Positions 50,392 through 59,143 of a DNA stretch of 64,000 nt are shown here, piece by piece. The stretch comes from Bacillota bacterium. GTDB lineage: Bacteria > Bacillota > TC1. The position numbers and the translations under genes are program-made. The stretch is from positions 27,940 to 91,939 of the forward strand of contig JAGXHY010000025.1 of assembly GCA_024635925.1 (NCBI GenBank), in the 5' to 3' direction. Numbering within the stretch: position 1 is the first letter of the stretch; each line of letters opens with the position of its first letter. The notes below the pieces were generated by a model. It worked only from the letters and a program-made list of their open reading frames with translations, searched no databases and was not told the origin of the DNA.

Positions 50392-50474
50392 TATTCTTCC
50401 TCCTAAATTAATTATCCCTAAAAGCCTCGTCTAAGGTCGGAGATCCTTTAACCAAGCCTAAAGTTCACTATATT

Positions 50475-50503
50475 ATTCTATAACAAAATAATACAAAAAT
50501 CAA
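50475..50503 (-). promoter_or_regulatory. rpsO promoter
   Basis: Minus strand TTGATT (overlapping the ribF TGA stop), 17 nt, then TAGAAT. Confidence 0.6.
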
Positions 50504-51432
50504 TACTTACCCAACTTATTGTTCGAAACTGATTCTAAAGCTCTAATTTTATCAATTTTAAGTTCCTCAACAAGAGCATCTACAGATGAAAACTTCTTAA
50601 CATGTCTTAAATAATCGATAAAATAGATAGAAATTAACTCATCATAAATATCTTCATCAAAATCGAATAAATTAACCTCCACAACTAGTACTTTTTCTCT
50701 GTCTTTGAACGTTGGTTGAAAACCAACATTACAAAATCCAGCATAATTGCAACCTTTCACATCTGCTAAAATACTATAAACTCCAGGTTTAGGTAATAGT
50801 TTATTACTTTCAACTTGTAAATTAGCAGTTGGATATCCAATCTTCTTTCCTATTCCATGACCTTTTATCACTTTTCCTTCAAGAGAAAACAATCTACCTA
50901 AGAATTCATTAGCTTCACTAATTCTGCCTTCAGTAATATAATTTCTTATTTGAGAAGAACTTACAACCTTATTTCCTATCTTATAGGCTGGCATAATCAC
51001 AGCTTTAAAACCAAGCTTTTCAGCAAAAGAAACAATATCTGCACTATTACCACTAGCGTTTTTTCCAAAATGATAGTTATAGCCTACTACAACATTGCTT
51101 ACATTTAGTCTTTTAACTAAAATATCTTTAATAAATAACTCTTTAGGCATTGCTGCAAATTCTTTATTAAAATCAATTATCAAAAGACCATCAATTCCTA
51201 ATTTACAAAGATTAGCTAATTTTTCATTAAAAGTTTGTAATCTTTTAAAAGAAGGATTTTTTATAGACAGAGGATGGGGTTCAAACGTAACCACTACAAT
51301 TTTATCACCTAAACTTAAACCAACTTTAATCAATTCAAGGTGTCCTAGATGCAAACCATCAAAATTACCTAATATTGCAGTTACTTTACCTTCAAATCTA
51401 AACTCTTCGATACCATTAAAGACAATCATCAT
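50500..51432 (-). CDS. ribF: bifunctional riboflavin kinase / FMN adenylyltransferase
   Basis: GNFDGLHLGH in the FMNAT domain and GRLFSLEGKVIKGHGIGKKIGYPTAN in the kinase domain. It ends in TGA. Confidence 0.95.
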   Translation of the reverse strand: MMIVFNGIEEFRFEGKVTAILGNFDGLHLGHLELIKVGLSLGDKIVVVTFEPHPLSIKNPSFKRLQTFNEKLANLCKLGIDGLLIIDFNKEFAAMPKELFIKDILVKRLNVSNVVVGYNYHFGKNASGNSADIVSFAEKLGFKAVIMPAYKIGNKVVSSSQIRNYITEGRISEANEFLGRLFSLEGKVIKGHGIGKKIGYPTANLQVESNKLLPKPGVYSILADVKGCNYAGFCNVGFQPTFKDREKVLVVEVNLFDFDEDIYDELISIYFIDYLRHVKKFSSVDALVEELKIDKIRALESVSNNKLGKY

Positions 51433-52325
51433 ACACCTACATTTTTTATTATTCTCAATATTCCGTCAGCATTTTTCAATATACAAACTAAATTATCATG
51501 ATAAATACCTGCAAAAATTGTTTGATTCTCTACTGTAAATTTATTTTCTATTTTCTGCCCTTGTCTTATTTTTAAATATGAATCTTCATCAAGTTCAATC
51601 TGTACCATTTGTTCAACTATTGCCTCTCTGATAGGTAAAATAAACTTTGTATCTTTAATTGAGACCATCTCAGCTATAACATCTAATTTCATACTATCTT
51701 TTAACATAAACTGACCAACTTGAACTCTCGTTAAATTACCCATAACAGCCGGTACTCCTAATAAGTCCCCAATATGCACACACAAAGTACGTATATATGT
51801 TCCTTTTGAAACACCTGCTATAAAATCAGCACGCCAAAACCCATCAAAGAAATGTAAATTCTTTGTTAAAGATAATTTCATAATATCAATATTTCTGATA
51901 GGTCGTTCTACTTCAATCCCTGCTCTAGCATACTGATAAAGTTTTCTGCCTTTAACTTTAACACTAGAGTACATTGGAGGCTTCTGAGTAATTGATGTCC
52001 CTGATAAGTGCTCACAGACATCTCTGAGTTTATATTCATCAAGAGACTCTTCAAGATAATCAACTTCTTTAAGAGAACCATGTATATCTTCTGTATCTGA
52101 TTCAATACCAAATACAACTTCACCTTGATAAACTTTATATCCATCACCAATATATTCTAGTACTCTAGTACCATTTCCTACTCCAACTATTAGAACTCCC
52201 TCAGCTTCTGGATCTAAAGTTCCTGCATGCCCAATTTTTTTTAAACCTAGTATCTTTCTAAGTTTATGTATGACATCATGTGAGGTCATACCTTTTTCTT
52301 TATAAACGTTAATTATTCCATTCAT
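51429..52325 (-). CDS. truB: tRNA pseudouridine(55) synthase
   Basis: NGIINVYKEKGMTSHDV...GHAGTLDP.A.GVL. Confidence 0.96.
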   Translation of the reverse strand: MNGIINVYKEKGMTSHDVIHKLRKILGLKKIGHAGTLDPEAEGVLIVGVGNGTRVLEYIGDGYKVYQGEVVFGIESDTEDIHGSLKEVDYLEESLDEYKLRDVCEHLSGTSITQKPPMYSSVKVKGRKLYQYARAGIEVERPIRNIDIMKLSLTKNLHFFDGFWRADFIAGVSKGTYIRTLCVHIGDLLGVPAVMGNLTRVQVGQFMLKDSMKLDVIAEMVSIKDTKFILPIREAIVEQMVQIELDEDSYLKIRQGQKIENKFTVENQTIFAGIYHDNLVCILKNADGILRIIKNVGV

Positions 52326-53301
52326 TATTTTTTAAACCTTCAACAATTCTGTTCAAAGCAAATTTCATGGCCTGGTCCATTGGTTTTTTAATTCTAAAGC
52401 CTGCGGCTCTTTTATGACCGCCTCCACCAAATATTCCAGCTAATTTATTGGCATCAATAGAACCTTTAGTTCTAATAGAAACTTTAATTTCATCTTTTAT
52501 AAATTCTTTGAATAAAAGTGCAACTTCACAAGCTGCCACCTTTCTAGGGTAATCTACATAATTTTCTATATCACCAGAGGTAAGTCCATTAGATAAGACA
52601 GTATCATAAGACAAATAAGTATAAGTAACAAAGCCATCCATTAGAATGTCCATATTATTTAAAATAGTTTTTAAACCATTCATTTGCCCTACACTCTCAT
52701 TTTCATAAAGATATTTTCTCATACTATTAAAATCAGCTTTCATTTCATGAAGAATACTCACTAATGCTACAGTTACTCCTGTAGTAGCTTCATAGGTTAA
52801 GTTGCCCGTATCAGTCATTATACCTGTATATATAGCAGTAGCTGCATTCTTTGTTATATACCCAAACATATCAAAGTAAACACTCCCAACTATTTCTGAT
52901 GTTGCTGCCATATTGGGAAATACAAAATTATTATCACCAAAATAGTCATTGCTAACATGATGATCTATATTCACTATATTCTCATAATTAGGAAATATTT
53001 CTTTTAAAGAAAAACCTATTCTATCAATCTTAGCAGAATCCATAACAAAAACATTATATCTGTCTAATCTCTCAGTTTCTTCTAATTCATCTATGCATTT
53101 AATCTTAATATCATTTTCTAAAAAACGATACTTAGCAGGAATGCTTTCCTTATTAACAACTATAGGATTAAATCCCATTTCTTTTAGTAAATAAGCCATA
53201 CCAATTGATGAGCCAATGGCATCACCATCTGGCGATTCATGACTAACAATCATAACGGGTGTTTTCACTATTTTTTTAAGATATTTCTTCAATTCATTCA
53301 T
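52309..53301 (-). CDS. nrnA: DHH/DHHA1 phosphoesterase NrnA (oligoribonuclease / pAp phosphatase)
   Basis: SHESPDGDAIGS, the DHH motif (NIDHHVSN) and GGGH.RAAG. Confidence 0.88.
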   Translation of the reverse strand: MNELKKYLKKIVKTPVMIVSHESPDGDAIGSSIGMAYLLKEMGFNPIVVNKESIPAKYRFLENDIKIKCIDELEETERLDRYNVFVMDSAKIDRIGFSLKEIFPNYENIVNIDHHVSNDYFGDNNFVFPNMAATSEIVGSVYFDMFGYITKNAATAIYTGIMTDTGNLTYEATTGVTVALVSILHEMKADFNSMRKYLYENESVGQMNGLKTILNNMDILMDGFVTYTYLSYDTVLSNGLTSGDIENYVDYPRKVAACEVALLFKEFIKDEIKVSIRTKGSIDANKLAGIFGGGGHKRAAGFRIKKPMDQAMKFALNRIVEGLKNNEWNN

Positions 53302-53303
53302 AT

Positions 53304-53666
53304 CTATTCTTTCTCTTCTTCTTCTTCTTTGATGCTTTTTAAAATCTTATTAATCTTAAGGCTATAATTCAAGGTGTCATCTATAAAAAAGGCGATTTCA
53401 GGTACTATTCTTAATTTTAATTTCATACCAATTTGTTTTCTAATAAAACCTTTACCTTTATTTAATACTTCTAAACCTACCTTGGCTTTATCTTCCTCTA
53501 GGTGACTTATAAAAATTTTAGCAAATGATAAATCCTTAACTACTTTCACATCAGTAATAGTAATCATATGTAACCTTGGATCTTTAAGATCTTCTCTTAT
53601 AATCTCTGCTAATACTTTCATTAATTCACCTTCTAGTCTTTGACTACGATGATGTTTTTTTATCAT
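53304..53666 (-). CDS. rbfA: ribosome-binding factor A
   Basis: R..RL..E....L.EII....KDPRL..ITIT.V.V..DL..A. Confidence 0.93.
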   Translation of the reverse strand: MIKKHHRSQRLEGELMKVLAEIIREDLKDPRLHMITITDVKVVKDLSFAKIFISHLEEDKAKVGLEVLNKGKGFIRKQIGMKLKLRIVPEIAFFIDDTLNYSLKINKILKSIKEEEEEKE

Positions 53667-53675
53667 AATACACTC

Positions 53676-56201
53676 CTAATCTAACTTTCTGGCTACACTT
53701 TCTAATATATAAGCCTCTATCACGTCACCTACTCTAACATCGTTAAACCCTACAACGCTTAATCCACACTCATAGCCTTGAGCTACTTCTTTTACTTCAT
53801 CTTTAAAACGTTTCAGAGAATCTATATCTCCTTCGTAGATAATTATTCCATCTCTTAGAACCCTTAATTTAGAATTATTGGTAACTTTTCCATCAATTAC
53901 ATAACAACCTGCTATTAGGCCGATTTTAGGAACTTTTATTACTTGTCTTACTTCAACTGAACCAAGTTCAACTTCCTTAATCTCAGGAGCCAAAAGTCCA
54001 CTTATTGCTTTTTTAATGTCATCAATTACTTCATAAATAACTCTATACAAGGTAATATTAACCGCTTCTTCTGCAGCTAGTTTTTTAGCATTGTTATCTG
54101 GTCTAACATTGAAACCTATTATCAATGCTTCTGAAGACATTGCAAGCTTAACATCTGTTTCTGTAATAGCCCCTACACCTTCATGAATAATATTAACTTT
54201 CACTTCATCACTTTGTATGTTTCTTATTGACTGGCTTAAGGCTTCAACAGAACCATTCACATCACCTTTTACAATAATATTTAATTCTTTTAGTTGACCT
54301 TCACTAATTTTTTCAAATAAGTTTTCTAATGAAACCATTTGATTTTTTCTTCCACGTTCTTCTCTCTTAACAATTTTTCTTTGGTCTGCTAAGTAAGCTG
54401 CCAATTTTTCATCTTTTACTGCTTGGAATATATCTCCAGCTTCAGGAACCACAGATAATCCTAAAACTTCTACTGGCGTTGCTGGTCCAGCACTTTTAAT
54501 ATTTTTACCAGAATCATTTAGCATAGCTTTGACTTTCCCATAAGCTTCTCCAGCTAAAATCATATCTCCTATTTTTAATGTTCCATTTGTAATTAAAAGT
54601 GAGGTTACTGTTCCTTTTTCTTTATCTAATTTTCCGTCAATTACAAAACCATCGGCTAATCTATTAGGATTTGCTTTTAATTCCAGCATTTCAGCTTGTA
54701 ATTGAATCATTTCTAAAAGAGTATCAATATTTTCATTGTTTTTCGCAGAAACTTGAACGAAAATTGTATCTCCACCCCATTCTTCTGATACTAAACCATA
54801 TTCTGTTAATTGTTGCATAACTCTACTTGAGTCAGCACCCTCTTTATCAATTTTATTTACAGCAATAATAATAGGAACTTCAGCTGCTTTAGCATGATTT
54901 ATTGCTTCTATTGTCTGTGGCATAACTCCATCATCAGCAGCAACAACTAGAATAGCTATATCAGTTATATTAGCTCCTCTTGCACGCATAGATGTGAATG
55001 CAGCATGACCAGGTGTATCGATAAAAGTGATTTTCTTTCCACCATGATGAACTTGATATGCTCCAATATGTTGAGTTATTCCACCAGCTTCAGTAGCTAT
55101 AACATTAGTTTTTCTTATGGCATCAAGTAATGAAGTCTTACCATGATCAACGTGTCCCATAACTGTAACAATTGGTGGTCTGCTTTTTAATGTTTTTGGT
55201 TCATCTTCTGTCACCACTAATTCAGTTTGTCTTTTTAATGATTTAAATTCAATTTCTTCAATTCCATATTCAGTTGCTATTAATGAAGCAGTATCAAAAT
55301 CAATAAATTGATTAATTGTAGCCATAACTCCTAATGTCATTAGTTTTTTAATGATTTCTGCTGATGCTTTATTTAGTCTCATTGCTAAATCTTTGACCTG
55401 GATTTCCTCACCTATTGTTACTTTTTTGAGATTAACTTCAATTCTTTCAACATCAGATTTTTGTCGTTTATTCTTATGTCTTTTATTACGCTTCCATCTA
55501 TCATCACCAACCGTACCCATTCTATTGCTTTTATATTCAACTTTAGTTGTACCTGGCTTTTTAGGTTCCTCTTTTTTCTTAAAATCTTTCTTTACAGGAG
55601 TTCCCGGAACCTTATTTGCTGCTGTTTCAATTTTCGGTTTTTCACCTAAAGGTCTTGGTTGTTGTGGTGGTCTATCACCTTGTGGTCTAGATTGTTGTGG
55701 TGGTCTATCACCCTGTGGTCTAGATTGTTGTGGTGGTCTATCTCCTTGTGGTCTAGATTGTTGTGGTGGTCTATCACCCTGTGTTCTAGGCTGTTGTGAT
55801 GGTCTATCACCTTGTGGTCTAGTCTGTTGTGGTGATCTATCCCCTTGTGGTCTAGACTGTTGTCCAAATTGATGTGATCTTTCTGAACCTCTCTGAGGAG
55901 TCTTATGCACAGTAATTTCCTCTATAACTTTATCCTTAGCCTTTTTTTCATTTTCAATTTTTTTGGCCTCAATAATCCTAGCTTGCGCCATTTTCTTTTC
56001 TATTTCGGCTCTTTTTTCTTCTTCTTTTCTATGAGCTTTCTCTCTTAATTGAGTATAGTACCCTTCAATTTTTTCTACGTCTTCGTCAGATAATACACTC
56101 ATGTGGGATTTCGCTGGAATACTTAACTTTTCTAAAATCCAGACGATTTCTTTATTTGTAACGCCTTTTTCTTTGGCTAATTCATATATTCGTTTAGACA
56201 T
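53676..56201 (-). CDS. infB: translation initiation factor IF-2
   Basis: GTPase G-domain (MGHVDHGKTSLLD, DTPGH, NKID), C-terminal IF2 domains, and an N-terminal low-complexity repeat region. Confidence 0.98.
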   Translation of the reverse strand: MSKRIYELAKEKGVTNKEIVWILEKLSIPAKSHMSVLSDEDVEKIEGYYTQLREKAHRKEEEKRAEIEKKMAQARIIEAKKIENEKKAKDKVIEEITVHKTPQRGSERSHQFGQQSRPQGDRSPQQTRPQGDRPSQQPRTQGDRPPQQSRPQGDRPPQQSRPQGDRPPQQSRPQGDRPPQQPRPLGEKPKIETAANKVPGTPVKKDFKKKEEPKKPGTTKVEYKSNRMGTVGDDRWKRNKRHKNKRQKSDVERIEVNLKKVTIGEEIQVKDLAMRLNKASAEIIKKLMTLGVMATINQFIDFDTASLIATEYGIEEIEFKSLKRQTELVVTEDEPKTLKSRPPIVTVMGHVDHGKTSLLDAIRKTNVIATEAGGITQHIGAYQVHHGGKKITFIDTPGHAAFTSMRARGANITDIAILVVAADDGVMPQTIEAINHAKAAEVPIIIAVNKIDKEGADSSRVMQQLTEYGLVSEEWGGDTIFVQVSAKNNENIDTLLEMIQLQAEMLELKANPNRLADGFVIDGKLDKEKGTVTSLLITNGTLKIGDMILAGEAYGKVKAMLNDSGKNIKSAGPATPVEVLGLSVVPEAGDIFQAVKDEKLAAYLADQRKIVKREERGRKNQMVSLENLFEKISEGQLKELNIIVKGDVNGSVEALSQSIRNIQSDEVKVNIIHEGVGAITETDVKLAMSSEALIIGFNVRPDNNAKKLAAEEAVNITLYRVIYEVIDDIKKAISGLLAPEIKEVELGSVEVRQVIKVPKIGLIAGCYVIDGKVTNNSKLRVLRDGIIIYEGDIDSLKRFKDEVKEVAQGYECGLSVVGFNDVRVGDVIEAYILESVARKLD
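55651..55865. repeat. about 6.5 tandem copies of a 33-bp unit inside infB (11-aa unit RPQGDRPPQQS)
   Basis: Plus-strand units starting at 55651, 55684, 55717, 55750, 55783, 55816 and 55849 (GGTCTAGATTGTTGTGGTGGTCTATCACCYTGT), with a few substitutions per copy. Confidence 0.95.
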
Positions 56202-56230
56202 TCTTTCATCTCCTTTTCTATATCTTCAAA

Positions 56231-56500
56231 TTAGTTTGAGCTAATCTGATTGGTTAATTCAACAATTATGTCATCGGACAACTTCTCGCCTAATGCTCGT
56301 TCTATAGCCTTCTTTCTAATTGCTTCCTTAAGACAATCAGCATCATGACAGATATATGCACCTCTACCAGGTTCTTTACCTTTTATATCAATTACCAAAA
56401 CCCCGTTGGGTTTTCGCACAACTCTAATTAAGTTAATTTTATCAGTCTTTAAACCACAACCAATACATGATCTTTGAGGTATTTTCCTTGTTTTAACCAT
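56231..56500 (-). CDS. ylxR: YlxR/RnpM family RNA-binding protein (DUF448)
   Basis: P.R.CIGC......L.R.V and GRGAY.C motifs. Located between nusA and infB. Confidence 0.9.
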   Translation of the reverse strand: MVKTRKIPQRSCIGCGLKTDKINLIRVVRKPNGVLVIDIKGKEPGRGAYICHDADCLKEAIRKKAIERALGEKLSDDIIVELTNQISSN

Positions 56501-56504
56501 TTTT

Positions 56505-57641
56505 TTATAAATCCTTTAAATACTTAACTTGTTCATCGCTAATTATATCAATCTTCCATCCAGTTAATTTTGCAGCTAATCTTACATTTTGACCATCTTT
56601 ACCAATAGCAAGAGAAAAGATATCATTAGAAACCAATACCTTGGCTTCGTTTATCTCTTCATTCAAAACAACATCCAATATTTGAGCTGGCGCTAAAGCA
56701 TTACTAATATAGTCTTCAATTTTTTCTGAATATTCAATGATATCAATTTTTTCACCAATATCTTTCGTGCTGCCAAGTTCATTTAAAACATTACCAATTC
56801 TACTACCTCTTGTTCCAATGCATGCACCAACAGGATCAACATTTTCTTGAGTACTAAAAACTGCAATTTTAGTTCTCGAACCAGCTTCTCTAGCAATTCC
56901 TTTTATAAGTACTGTTCCATCATGAATTTCAGGCACCTCAAGTTCAAAGAGTCTTTTTATTAAATCTTTATGTCTTCTTGATATTGTAATTACTGGGTTT
57001 TTAGTAGTTTTCTTTACATTAACCAAATAAACTTTTAATCTTTCACCAATATGATATCTTTCATTATCCACTTGTTCTTCAGGTGGTAATATAACTTCAC
57101 CATTGCCTATAGTTAAGAAAACATTATACTTATCATTTTTTTCATCTTCCTTATTTACAGGTGATATTCTCGATATTATACCACTAACTAAATCTTTTTC
57201 TTTTTTAGAAAACTCATCAAAAATATTTGTTCTTTCAATTTCTCTTATTTTTTGAGTTATTATTTGTTTTGCTGTTTGAGCGACCATTCTTCCCATAGTT
57301 TTAGTGTCCATCTCAACTTCTTCTTTAATCACGTCTCCAATAGATGCATCTTCAATTTTGCTTTTTGCATCTTCTAAAGAAATTTGACTATCAGGGTCCA
57401 TAACTTCTTCAACTACGTCTCTCATATAATAAATTTTAATTTCTCCATTTGTTCTATTCAGTTCAGCTTTAAAATTATCAAAAGGAGTTTTCACATCTAA
57501 TTTTTCATGCTTATGATCTGTAGCATGCTTTCTTTTAAGACCCATAACAATTGCAGTTTCAATAGTATCAAAAAGCATTTCGGAACTTATCCCCTTATCC
57601 TTTTCTAAATCTTTAACTGCTTCAATCAATTTTTCGTTCAT
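56505..57641 (-). CDS. nusA: transcription termination/antitermination factor NusA
   Basis: N-terminal domain, S1 domain and two KH domains (PVGACIGTRGSRI, AIGKDGQNVRLA). Confidence 0.97.
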   Translation of the reverse strand: MNEKLIEAVKDLEKDKGISSEMLFDTIETAIVMGLKRKHATDHKHEKLDVKTPFDNFKAELNRTNGEIKIYYMRDVVEEVMDPDSQISLEDAKSKIEDASIGDVIKEEVEMDTKTMGRMVAQTAKQIITQKIREIERTNIFDEFSKKEKDLVSGIISRISPVNKEDEKNDKYNVFLTIGNGEVILPPEEQVDNERYHIGERLKVYLVNVKKTTKNPVITISRRHKDLIKRLFELEVPEIHDGTVLIKGIAREAGSRTKIAVFSTQENVDPVGACIGTRGSRIGNVLNELGSTKDIGEKIDIIEYSEKIEDYISNALAPAQILDVVLNEEINEAKVLVSNDIFSLAIGKDGQNVRLAAKLTGWKIDIISDEQVKYLKDL

Positions 57642-57650
57642 TTTTTCCTC

Positions 57651-58100
57651 CTAATAATCAAGTAAAATATTAGCTTTGCTAATATTTGCTTTTGCAAACG
57701 TTATTTCTTCATTATTAACCTCTAATATTAACTCATCATCATAGTTAATAAGAATGCCAATATATTTTTTCTTTTTTTCTATAGGCTTGTATAGACTTAT
57801 TTCAATAGTCTTACCAATATTTTCATAATAGTCCTTATCCTTTCGCAATGGTCTTTCAAGTCCAAGAGATGACACTTCAAGAACATATTGAATTTGTATA
57901 TATTCCTTCTCATCTAGAATATCTTCCACATATCTACTAACTTTCTCACAATCATTTATATCTATACCTTCAGGTTTATCTATAAAAAATCTCAAAAACC
58001 AATCTTGACCTTCTTTTACATACTCTATATAAACAAGTTCATAACCTAGTTCAAGAACTAGTGGTCTAAAATCATCTTCTATTTTTTGACTAACTGACAT
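57651..58100 (-). CDS. rimP: ribosome maturation factor RimP
   Basis: LGYELVYIEY....W.LRFFIDK..GI...DCE..SR. Confidence 0.92.
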   Translation of the reverse strand: MSVSQKIEDDFRPLVLELGYELVYIEYVKEGQDWFLRFFIDKPEGIDINDCEKVSRYVEDILDEKEYIQIQYVLEVSSLGLERPLRKDKDYYENIGKTIEISLYKPIEKKKKYIGILINYDDELILEVNNEEITFAKANISKANILLDY

Positions 58101-58125
58101 ACATAAATCTCCTTCTTTAAACGAA

Positions 58126-58147
58126 AAAAGTGGGCTTTCCCACTTTT
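58126..58147 (-). terminator. terminator hairpin located inside the rimP-nusA leader (also downstream of xerC)
   Basis: AAAAGTGGG-AAAG-CCCACTTTT plus TT on the minus strand. It lies downstream of the predicted rimP promoter and 25 nt upstream of the rimP ATG. Confidence 0.75.
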
Positions 58148-58166
58148 AAAACTAATCTACCTCTAA

Positions 58167-58195
58167 ATTATATACCTTATCTAGTAAAAAAGCAA
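58167..58195 (-). promoter_or_regulatory. putative rimP-nusA-infB operon promoter
   Basis: Minus strand TTGCTT (58195-58190), 17 nt, then TATAAT (58172-58167). Confidence 0.55.
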
Positions 58196-58198
58196 TCT

Positions 58199-59143
58199 TT
58201 AATCCCTTTTTTTTGCTCTAGGATGGGCCTGTTCATAAGTCTTCTTTAATTGATTTTTAGTTATATGTGTATATATTTGAGTAGTGGATAAACTCTCATG
58301 TCCTAAAAAAGTTTGTACTACTCTTAAATCAGATCCTCTTTCTAAAAGATGTGTAGCAAAGCTATGTCTAAATGTATGAGGGGAAATACTAAGTGTCGTT
58401 GACACTTTATTAATATATTTTTCTAATAATGCTCTTACTGTACGATCACCTAGTTGCTTTCCTCTTACACCATAAAAAAGGTATTCACCCTTGTCATCTA
58501 AAAAACCAGATTCATAATAATCATTTATTGATTTTATTGCATAACTACCTATTGGTACGATTCTTTCTTTATTCCCTTTTCCTGTAACATGAATAGTCCC
58601 TAAATCTAAATCAATATCTTTTGTTTTAATTGATACTAACTCACTTACTCTTATCCCTGATGCATATAGCACCTCCATAATCGCTCTATCTCTTAACCCA
58701 ATAGTTGTAGATAAATCTGGAGCTTGCATTAATGCTTCTACCTGGTATTCATACATAAATTTAGGTAAGCTCTTATCTAGTTTTGGAGATATAACATGTA
58801 TCATAGGATTAGATTCTATTAATTCCTGTCTAGTTAAAAACTTAAAAAAAGACCTTAAAGTTGCAATTTTTCTAGACATTGTTCTTTTTTTGTAGCCTGT
58901 TCTATTTAAATAGTTTATAAATTTTCTAATTAAATGATGATCTATATTATTAAAATTGACATTTAAGTCAATAACCTTACCAGCCTCATCCTTAACTTGC
59001 TCAGCATCTTTCAAATTATCTGCTAGCCATAAAGAAAAAACTTCTAAATCCTTTTTATATGCAGTTATAGTATTGTTAGAATATCTTCTTTCATTTTGAA
59101 GATACTCCATAAAATGCTTAACCATAATAAAAAAATTATCCAT
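58199..59143 (-). CDS. xerC: tyrosine recombinase XerC (CodV-type)
   Basis: Catalytic residues in context (R..., HTFRHSFATHLL, GH.S...TQIYTH). It keeps the conserved topA-trmFO-xerC synteny. Confidence 0.9.
   Translation of the reverse strand: MDNFFIMVKHFMEYLQNERRYSNNTITAYKKDLEVFSLWLADNLKDAEQVKDEAGKVIDLNVNFNNIDHHLIRKFINYLNRTGYKKRTMSRKIATLRSFFKFLTRQELIESNPMIHVISPKLDKSLPKFMYEYQVEALMQAPDLSTTIGLRDRAIMEVLYASGIRVSELVSIKTKDIDLDLGTIHVTGKGNKERIVPIGSYAIKSINDYYESGFLDDKGEYLFYGVRGKQLGDRTVRALLEKYINKVSTTLSISPHTFRHSFATHLLERGSDLRVVQTFLGHESLSTTQIYTHITKNQLKKTYEQAHPRAKKRD

Noticed and set aside
55351-55872. Repeat-containing ORFs with striking periodic sequences (CCGGLSPCGLD... on the plus strand; DHHNNLDHK... 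on the minus strand at 55646-55867).
   Set aside because: They are alternative-frame or antisense readings of the 33-bp tandem repeat inside infB. The periodicity is inherited from the IF2 repeat and is not evidence of separate genes.
58199-59143. The tyrosine recombinase as a marker of a mobile element.
   Set aside because: It has the conserved topA-trmFO-xerC housekeeping synteny and XerC/CodV-type motifs. No att-like repeats or cargo genes flank it.
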